Of a stretch of DNA of 64,000 nucleotides, positions 54,531 through 64,000 are shown one piece after another (positions within the stretch are counted from its first letter, which is position 1; each line of letters starts with the position of its first letter). Source of the DNA: Octopus vulgaris (lineage: Eukaryota). The DNA is taken from assembly GCA_951406725.2 (NCBI GenBank), contig OX597814.1:162874001-162938000 (forward strand), in the 5' to 3' direction. The translations under genes were made by a program, and so were the position numbers. Below the pieces are notes generated by a model. That model did not search any database, was not told the DNA's origin, and saw only the letters and a program-made list of their open reading frames with translations.

Positions 54531-54603
<73 letters not shown>

Positions 54604-54606
54604 TAT

Positions 54607-55003
54607 AGGCGCAGGAGTGGCTGTGTGGTAAATAGCTTTCTTACCAACCACATGGTCCCGGGTTCAGTCTCACTGCGTGGCACCTTGGGCAAGTGTCTTC
54701 TACTATAGCTTCGGGCCGACCAAAGCCTTGTGAGTGGATTTGGTAGACGGAAACTGGAAGAAGCCCGTCGTATATGCATATATATGTATGTGTGCGTATA
54801 TGTTTGTGTGTCTGTTTGTCCCACACAACATCGCTTGACAACCGACTTTGGTGTGTTTACGTCCCCGTAACTTAGCGGTTCGGTAAAAGATACCGATAGA
54901 ATAAGTGCTAAGCTTACAAAGAATAAGTCCTGGGGTCGACTAAAGGCGGTGCTCCAGCAGGGCCGCAGTCAAATGACTGAAACAAGTAAAAGAGTAAAAG
55001 AGA
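54607..55003 (+). mobile_element. SINE family A, full length
   Basis: ggcgcaggagtggctgtgtggta head through the tail. Confidence 0.9.
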
Positions 55004-56009
55004 GTATATATATATTATATAAGCATACATACGTACGTACGTAAGTACATACATGCATACAGACATATGTATACATATATGAATGTTTTTATGTATATAA
55101 GTATATATACATAGACATATATATATATATACATATATATGTTTGTGTGTGCGTGTGTGTAAGTATGTATGTATGTATGTATGCATGTATGTATGTATGT
55201 ATGTACATATGTATATATCTATGAGTGTTTGTCTTTGTAGCTGTGTTTGTCAACCCGTCACCATTTGACAACCGTTGTCGGTGTGCTTAGGGACCAGAAA
55301 CGATTCCTCAAAAGAAAACACGATAGAATAAGTACTAAGCTTTAAAAAATAAGTCCAAAATAGTGCTCCAGCATGGTCGCAGTCATATGACTGAAACAAG
55401 TAAGATAATAAAAGAAAGAATACATTTAAGGTATGTGTTATAATACTATATATATATATATAAAAAGAAAGCAAAAAATGGAACAAGAACGTAACAGACG
55501 ACAACAAAACAGGCGGGCAGTTAGACGATACAAAAAAGGACATGAAAAAACAAGGACGGGTCATTCGGAGCTTCCTAAACTCAGTCGAGTTCCAGATCGT
55601 CTTTGCAGTTCCGAGCGGTTACACTCGTGACTGCTCCAATCTGACTGACCCCAAGAAAATCTAAGCTAAGAGCACTAGACTCTTTGGAAGAAAGCAAGCG
55701 AATGTATACGAAAACAAAGATGAAAAAAAACCCCAGAGAAATGGTACACAATTACAAATACAAATAACAGGACATTAACAATAGGCTACGGCATGAACAT
55801 AAGAGATGAAAGTCATGGGAAGGAATATAAAAGATGCTACACGGATGATATTCTAACCAAGAAAGAAATGTCAGGCTTGGCGGAACACTGGTCACGTGGA
55901 AGGAGAGGAGAGAGGTAGGGGCAGAGGGATTGAAGAATTAGGGAGGGAAGAGAAAGAAAGAAAAAGAAACGAAAGGGACAGAATGAGGTAAAAGAGGAGG
56001 GACGTGAGA

Positions 56010-56042
<33 letters not shown>

Positions 56043-56067
56043 TGTATGTATGCATGCATGCATGCAT

Positions 56068-56134
<67 letters not shown>

Positions 56135-56183
56135 CGTATGTATGTATGTATGTATGTATGTATGTATGTATGTATGTATGTGT

Positions 56184-56375
56184 AAAGGGGAGAATTCACA
56201 AAAAGACAAAAGACGAAGACAGGTGGTGTAGACAACAAACAGATGTATTAGTATAACGCTCGGGAAGTGAAAAAGTCTTTAACGTTTCGAGCCTACGCTC
56301 TTCCACAGAAAGGAACACAGAAAGAAACAAGGAGAGAAAATAAAGAATGTGCTGTGGCTAGCGATCTTTCATGGT
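56184..56375 (-). mobile_element. PLE pLTR-like fragment with hammerhead-like motif at 56277-56312
   Basis: The minus strand reads CTTT-CTGTGGA-A-GAGC gtag GCTC-GAAA-CGTT-AAAG, the same layout as 17803-17839, flanked by (TATG)n. Confidence 0.65.
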
Positions 56376-56672
56376 GAAGGAATACGTATGTATGTATGCA
56401 TGCATGTATGTATGTATGTATGTATGTATGTATGTATGTATGTATGTATGTATGTATGTATGTATGTATGTATTTGAAGTCATTGAAATAATATTTCGTT
56501 GTTATTTTACCTTAAAATAAAGTCTCTTGAGTAGCATTATGCTATGTTGTTACATCATACTTATAGCGAACAATTGTAATACTAGTGTCTATCCAACCTA
56601 CCTTAGTACTTGGACTATCAATTCGACTGGAAAGCTAGCGGGGTGAACCAGCCAGAATAGTATCTCGTGTAT

Positions 56673-56890
56673 TGGTGACATCTTTATACATAAGTGATAA
56701 GTCTATGAGTCAATAACATTTCTGTGTCAGTGACATCGCTCTATGTCACTTCCACCTTTACATGTTAGTGATATCTCTATAATAATCTATGAGTCAATGC
56801 TATCTCTATGTGTTAGTTCCATTTCTATGGTTCAATGACACGTCCACGGTTCAATGACATCTCTATATGTCAATGACATCTCTATGTTCT
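56673..56890. repeat. Degenerate ~19-bp minisatellite (TGACATCTCTATGTGTCAA-like)
   Basis: About 11 diverged units are visible. Confidence 0.75.
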
Positions 56891-57280
56891 TGATACTGCA
56901 AAGACACTTTCGAACATAGATTTACGAAAAAGCGAATGCTTTATATCGATTTCTTACAACATCGAAAGCCGACGGATTTGCAAAGCAAAGGTATAGCCGA
57001 TTAAATCGACCCCCAGCAAGTGCCTGGTGTTTATTTTATTGACCCCTAGATATAATCAGCAAAATTGATCTTGATAAGATTTATATTCGGAACGAAGAGA
57101 TGAAAGTAAAAATTCTAAGGCGTTATATAAAGTAAACTGTAAGATCTGATGAAGTTAATGATTATTCACACCAGTTTTGAGTATAAATAGTGTTCAAAAG
57201 TTTGTCGAAAAGAAAATGCAAAATTTAGAGTTTCTGGCGAGAACATTACAGCATACTGTAATATAGTGTAATGTTGTATA

Positions 57281-57342
<62 letters not shown>

Positions 57343-57433
57343 TGTAGTCTGTCCATAGCACTTACTCAGCACTACCTGACATCATTGGGTCTTCTTGACT
57401 CCATTACCTCTCATAACCTACACACACGCGCAT

Positions 57434-57537
<104 letters not shown>

Positions 57538-57619
57538 TCTACGTTAAATGAAGAAACATTGAAGAAGGAGGAAAATTCTGCAAATAATAATTATTATTAT
57601 TATAAGATTCGGTACATTG

Positions 57620-57721
57620 GGCGAGTGGGCGTGGCACCTTGGGCGAGTGTCTATAGCCTCCGGTCGACCAAAACCTTGTGAGTGGATTTGGTGCACGGAA
57701 ACTGAAAGAAGCCCATCGTAA

Positions 57722-57797
<76 letters not shown>

Positions 57798-57945
57798 TGA
57801 CGCCCCCGTAACTTAGCAATTCGACAAAAGAGAGTGATAGAGTAAGCACTAGGCTTACAAAGAATAAATTCTGGGGATCGATTAGTTCGACTAAAGGCGG
57901 TACTCCAGTTTGGCCCCAGTCAAAATGACTAAACAAGTAAAAGAG
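57620..57945 (+). mobile_element. SINE family A (degenerate head)
   Basis: Homology. Confidence 0.8.
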
Positions 57946-58097
57946 ATAAGCGTTTACTGTGTACTGGCTAAAGAAAATAGTCCAATATTGGGGGAGGTAA
58001 GCCCTTGACGAAAAAAAGAGGGTATTAGTAAGAGTGGGAATCGAATCCATAACTCTTAAGAGGTGAACGCTTATAATCTTAGAGCTTATTATTATTA

Positions 58098-58290
58098 TTA
58101 AGGCGGCGCACCGGGCAAAAATGCATAGCTGCATTCCGTTCTGAGTTCGAATCCCGCCAAAGTCGACTTTGCTTTTCATCCTTTCGTGGTCAATAAATTA
58201 AGTACCAATGAAACACTGGCGTCGATGTAATTGATTAGTCCCCTCCTCCAAAATTTCAGGCCTTGTGTCTTTAGTAGAAAGGATTATTAT
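58098..58290 (+). mobile_element. SINE family C
   Basis: Head, core and aaatttcaggccttgtg..agtagaaagg tail. Confidence 0.8.
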
Positions 58291-58453
58291 TATGATTATT
58301 TAGGTGTAACTTAGCGGGTCGACAAGAGAGAGCAATAGAATAAGTACTAGGCTTACAAATAAGTCCTGGGGTCCATTAGTTCGACTGAAGGTGGTGCTCC
58401 AGCATGACCACAGTCAAGTGACTGAAACAATTAAAACGGAGTAAAAAAAGGGT

Positions 58454-60146
58454 GCTGAATGACCCGGCGTTGCTCGGGTTTCTACTGTTCTTATTCAGAT
58501 TAGTAAACTATAAATGTAAAGATATATACTCATAATTATTTCAAAATATCTATATCTTTTTTTTAAATATCCAAATTGTAATGATAATAGAATTTCGACT
58601 TGAAAGCCTTTCAATCTTGAAGCACCTCAAAGTAAACAATATTTAGTGTGTAATTTTTTGTTGGTATCGAAATGAGTAAATTGTTGCTGCTTCCAACTCG
58701 CGAGCAAGTAACATAAAGTTGGCCGTGAGAGAAGCATGTAGAGAGATCAAGTCCAACTACCTTGAGAGATTGACCCTGAGATTTGTTAATTGAAATACCA
58801 AAACTTAGTTTGACTGGAACCTGAAGTGCCTCAAATTTAAATAGAGCATTTGTTGGTATGAGAGGTATTTTTAGAATAAAAACATTTTCTCCTTGGTGAC
58901 TACCCGTTTTGATTGTTGCCTCTAGGACATGCAGAACATCTTGGAGATGAACATAATTTTTAGCCCATAACTTTTTTTTATTGTTACAAATGTAGAGGAG
59001 ACGCTCACTGTCAACTTTTGCATGCATATCAACCAGGTGTTGTTGAAATAGTTCACGATACATATGTAATTGATTTGATTGTTCTGGTCTTATCATCAGT
59101 TGGTAAGAATAGAAGTCATTTGACGACACCTTTTTGTTTGTAATTGGCTCTCCTGTTGCAGGTTCAATCTGTGGAATATTGATATGATAACCTTGTTCAT
59201 TCCTCAAAATAAGAAGATATTGATGAGCGTCATAAGAGGGATGAGTTTCTAAAACACGTTTGAGGTTGTTATTTCGAGCACGAATGAGAATATGACGATT
59301 TTCATAAGGATCACGTACCGTAAAAATGACTACTTCATTAGATGTGGGCTCATTAAAACGACGTAAAATGTCCTTTACTATAGATTACTATAGATGTAAC
59401 GAAGGCGGAAACACACTCACACTCACAGACTCATACACACTCATACACATATGGATGTGTAGATTTGCGTGTGTTTAATTGTCTGAGGCCTAACGTATAA
59501 AAAATTTTCACACACACACTCGCACACACGTAGATTCTGACATGCACTCACATACATATACTAAGACAGACACATACAGACATACATTCACGCACACTTC
59601 AGGCCTATCTCCGTCCCTCAGCGTGTCTCTCCCTGTCTTTAGATGTGTGTATATGTGTTTATATGTTCTATGTGTGTTCCAGTTGTCACAAAAATGTATG
59701 TATGCTGACATACACATACACCCTCACATACACTCACACATATATACTTCTCAGTCATTGGCCTATCGTATGTAACGAACGCGCAAACACACACACACAC
59801 TCACAGACACATACACACTCATACAGAATATGTAACGTCGTCGTCATCGTAGTATGAAATGTCGTTTACGATAGTTGATTTATAGAAAGACTATTATGTT
59901 AAATTTTTGTAATGCAAATATATAAATGAAAATAAAGTTTATTTGGTAGCCGAATGATTACTGAATCTTTTGATACCCCATACGTCAAAATCGGCAACTA
60001 AATCTTCGAATGCATAAGGAACATATGCACTCATGCACGTACGCGCGCGCTCACACACACAGCACACACACATACACACACACGCACACACACACACACG
60101 CACGCACACACACAAAAACTCTGTTTTATATATATGCGTATATAGA
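58454..60146 (-). mobile_element. Internally deleted Helitron with RepHel remnants
   Basis: Helitron-like 5' end (tctata..tatatataaaacagag), RepHel coding sequence, and the 3' hairpin aacccgagcaacgccgggtc. The terminal CTAG is degraded. Confidence 0.75.
58611..59365 (-). pseudogene. Helitron RepHel: N-terminal (pre-Rep) segment fused to PIF1 helicase C-terminus
   Basis: RRFNEPTSNEV..HPSYDA.QY..GY..FYSYQLMIR..LFQQHLVDM.AKVDSERL.Y followed by QVPVKLSFGISINKSQGQSL.VVGLDL..CFSHGQLYV.CSRV..T.NIVY.EVL. Confidence 0.9.
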
Positions 60147-60154
60147 TAGTTAGT

Positions 60155-60330
<176 letters not shown>

Positions 60331-61052
60331 CGCACACACAAAGATTGCCAGCAACATATTGAATAAACTGAATGTAGTTACTGTTTGCAGTAAAATTATG
60401 GACACAGGGCCTTTCCAGGACGACAAAAGTCAACAATTGTCTTACTTGAAACGACTCTACCACCTAGGCACCAACGACAGCTCAACGGAGGACGTAACCA
60501 TGCGGATGACCAGAGAATTGCAGCTTTACCTACCTATTCTACACCTATATCTTTACGAGCAAAGAAACTACAGAAATATTTTATTGTGACAGTCGTGCGT
60601 AGTATCTCGACTGTCTTAATGAAAGCGCCGATGTCTATTTGTGATGACAAAAAGCTCGAGTTTTGCTTCCAGCCTGAAAAAAAAAATTATATATAGGGAA
60701 TGTAAACACTACTTGCAGATGAAATGTTTATAATGACAAACGTTTGTACAAAATCTTTGACGTTTAGATGTTCGAATTCTTTAAATAGCGAGAGAGAGAA
60801 AAAAGGCATAACGTTTCAAATACTGCAGATTTCAAGTGAGAGTATTCTTATCTGAGCATTTACAATGCATAGTTGTGTGCGCGCGTGTGTGTGTGAGAGA
60901 AAAATTGAAATGACAAACAGTAAAAGACAAACAAATAAACATGGAAAGTGTTTCAGCCATGGAGACCAGACTCAGTATAGTTTCGACGCGTTTAAAGTCC
61001 AAAAACTTTAAATTCTATGGTACTACACCTCTAGGTGCGCCAGCAATATAGG

Positions 61053-61079
<27 letters not shown>

Positions 61080-61083
<4 letters not shown>

Positions 61084-61300
61084 TTTCTATTCTAGGCAAG
61101 AGACTCGAAATTTTGGGGGTTGGTGTGGGGGCAGTCGATTAGATCAACCTCAATACACAACTGGTACTTGATTTATCAATCCCGAAAGGATGAAAGGCAA
61201 AGTCGACCTCGGTGGAATTTGAACTCAGAACATAAAGACAGACGAAATACTGCTAAGTATTTCGCCCGGCGTGCTAACGTTTCTGCCAGTTCACCGTCTT
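61080..61300 (-). mobile_element. SINE family C
   Basis: Homology. Confidence 0.85.
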
Positions 61301-61779
61301 AATATAAATAGATAGTATATAATATAAATAAATACTGTAATATCCGGCATGTGTGAACTGGAGAGAGAGAGATCTGCACTGGAAATCGACTGGTACACCA
61401 TTTCAGTTAACTAGGCTGGAGTGACGGAAAGTAAAGTACCTTACTCAAGGATACAACTCCCTGTCCGGTCCAGATATCGAATCTACAAACTAATGATCGT
61501 GAGTTCAATACCCTAACCATCTTGTCACGTGCCTTCGTACATATATACGCATATGTCTTGTTACTGAGTACATACATATATGCATTCATACATACATACA
61601 TACATACATACATACATACATACATACATACATACATACATACATACATACATACATACATACATACATACATACATACATACATACATACATAATCAAG
61701 ATAATGACTTCTGAATTTAATTTTTTACTTAAATTAAACAGTGAATCGTAGCAGAAGCTCCGACCCACAAATTTGTTGG

Positions 61780-61928
61780 GAAGAAGAAGAAGAAGAAGAA
61801 GAAGAAGAAGAAGAAGAAGAAGAAGAAGAAGACAATGATTATGATGATGACGTTCATGACGATCATGATCATGAGGATTATAAAGAAGAGGAGAAGGGGA
61901 GGTGGAAAAGATGACAATCACGATGATA

Positions 61929-62004
<76 letters not shown>

Positions 62005-62017
62005 CGACGACGATGAC
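61780..62017. repeat. (GAA)n and (GAT)n trinucleotide tracts
   Basis: Directly visible. Confidence 0.9.
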
Positions 62018-62781
62018 GTCACCACTATCACTATCGAGAGAACCGCCATCAATAGCACCACCGCCACCACCATCTACACTACCACCATCAATACCACTAC
62101 CAACACCACTACCACTATCAGCGGCAACAACAACGACTAACATACCACTGGAATTATCTGATCATGGTGTTGTTATATTATGTAGACGATTTCACATTTC
62201 GGATTACAGAGCCAGAAAAGTCCTTCAATCCTTAACTATTGTTAATCCAATACTAAGCTTATTTGTTAAATCAACCAACACTGAATATTACTTACAACAT
62301 CTGGGATTGTGTTCACTGCCACACACATTCTGGATAGCAATCCATCGATCAGATTGACTGGGAAAAAAATATTTTCTCAGGGACGCCTGTTGCATGAGAG
62401 GTTATTTATGAAGTGCTTCTTTATTAACAACCAAGATTTAGCAGAGTCGTTAGCGGGTTGGAGAGAATGCCTCACAATATTGTTCCGGCTCTGTATATTC
62501 TGAGTTCAAATTCCACCGATGGTTAACTTTGTCCTTCATCTTTTCAGAATGAATAAATAAAGCACCAATGTATTCGTCTTTTCTCCCCGTCCTCTCTCTT
62601 TCTCTTCCCTCTCTCACTCTCTCCTCTCCTTACCCTTCTATCTTCTTTCCCTCTCTCCCTTCCCTTCTCTCTTATTCTCCCCTCTCCGTCTCTTTCTTGC
62701 TTTCTCTCGGGAATAAATCGACCATGTTCAAACCTAGATAGAGAGAGACTAAGGTTTAAAAAATGTCCAAGTTGCAGCGTA

Positions 62782-62996
62782 CGAGGAGGCACTGAAAAGT
62801 TATTGACTTTGAGTAAAAGAAAATACAGGAGGATCAGTTAATTATGATTTTATTCAACATATTCCCCTCCCGTATTTACGCACATTGCAACGACCCTTCA
62901 GTTTTTCTAATCCCTATAAAAGAACTCGAAAGGTAGGGCCTCCAACAAGGCCTTTCGCGACACCCTTAAAGTCAGGAATTTTTCAGCACTCCTTCG
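62782..62996. mobile_element. mariner-derived MITE
   Basis: TA TSDs and TIRs cgag/aggag..ctgaaaa.tt..tgacttt. Confidence 0.75.
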
Positions 62997-63039
62997 TATT
63001 TCACGACAACGTCCCTACGACTCCATCAGGAGTTACGTA

Positions 63040-63459
63040 CCTATTTCTTTACTACCCACAAGGGGCTAAACACAGAGAGGACAAACAAGGACAGACAAAC
63101 GGATTAAGTCGATTATATCGACCCCAGTGCGTAACTAGTACTTATTTAATCGACCCCGAAAGGATGAAAGGCAAAGTCGACCTCGGCTGAATTTGAACTC
63201 AGAACGTAGCGGCAGATAAAATACCTATTTCTTTACTACCCACAAGGGGTTAAACACAGAGAGGACAAACAAGGACAGACACACGGATTAAGTCGATTAT
63301 ATCGACCCCAGTGCGTAACTGGTACTTATTTAATCGACCCCGAAAGGATGAAAGGCAAAGTCGACCTCGGCTGAATTTGAACTCAGAACGTAGCGGCAGA
63401 CGAAATACCGCTAAGCATCTCGCCCGGCGTGCTAACGTTTCTGCCAGCTCGCCGCCTTT
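63040..63459 (-). mobile_element. SINE family C dimer
   Basis: Perfect 16-bp TSD tcaggagttacgtacc at 63026-63041 and 63460-63475, with the internal junction near 63222. Confidence 0.9.
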
Positions 63460-63846
63460 TCAGGAGTTACGTACCCTTGCCTTCTTCACTACCTATTGCT
63501 ATCAAGTTTATTTATTAAGTATTTAAACTATCTTCCAACAACGGTCTTCAATAATTTTTGCCTATAGAGTTGTATTTGGTTTTTCTTCTTCTTTTTTTTA
63601 CTGCTTGTTTATAAAAGTCGCTGTAACCCTGTAAACACTTCTATATGAATTATATTGGTTTCTTTGTTTGTCACCTTTCTTTCACTCTCACTGAGTTACT
63701 TCCTGCTCAGAGGCTGCACCAACCGCTTTAAAGAACAAATTTTGGATATGATGCTTAAGAGACTTACGAAGAATCTTAAGATAGAGCTTTTTGTATCATG
63801 CTTCAGCTAACTAGAAATAACATCCATATCTCCCTCATACCACACT

Positions 63847-64000
63847 GAGCTGGCAGAAACGTTAGCACGCCGGGCGAAATGCGTAGCCGTATTTCGTCTG
63901 CCGTTACGTTCTGAGTTCAAATTCCGCCGAGGTCGACTTTGCCTTTCATCCTTTCGGGGTCGATTAAATAAGTACCAGTTACGCACTGGGGTCAATATAA
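63847..64000 (+). mobile_element. SINE family C (runs off window)
   Basis: gagctggcagaaacgttagcacgccgggcg head. Confidence 0.9.

Overview
AT-rich, microsatellite-dense eukaryotic non-coding DNA. The SINE repertoire and repeat style point to a coleoid cephalopod (Octopus-like); this is pattern recognition, not a database result. No intact host gene is recognisable, and most ORFs in the supplied track are microsatellite artefacts. The window is a mosaic of transposon remnants: three tRNA-headed SINE families (called A, B and C here), REL-endonuclease LINEs (R4/Dong-like, Hero-like), RTE tails, Tc1/mariner elements (including a DD37D/maT relic), pogo- and mariner-type MITEs, Helitrons and Penelope-like elements (PLEs). 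The most interesting signals are: (i) about ten minimal type I hammerhead-ribozyme motifs in PLE-derived segments, many within (TA)n, including two near-perfect palindromes, a recurrent CCGANGA core and a U3-A8 covariant core; (ii) R4/Dong-like 3' fragments in (TAA)n flanked by 220-240 bp direct duplications, i.e. candidate very long target-site duplications (TSDs); (iii) head-to-tail multimers of one SINE bounded by a single TSD, with an apparent GGTA target microhomology; (iv) an unexplained ~200 nt rod-like hairpin at 2347-2544.
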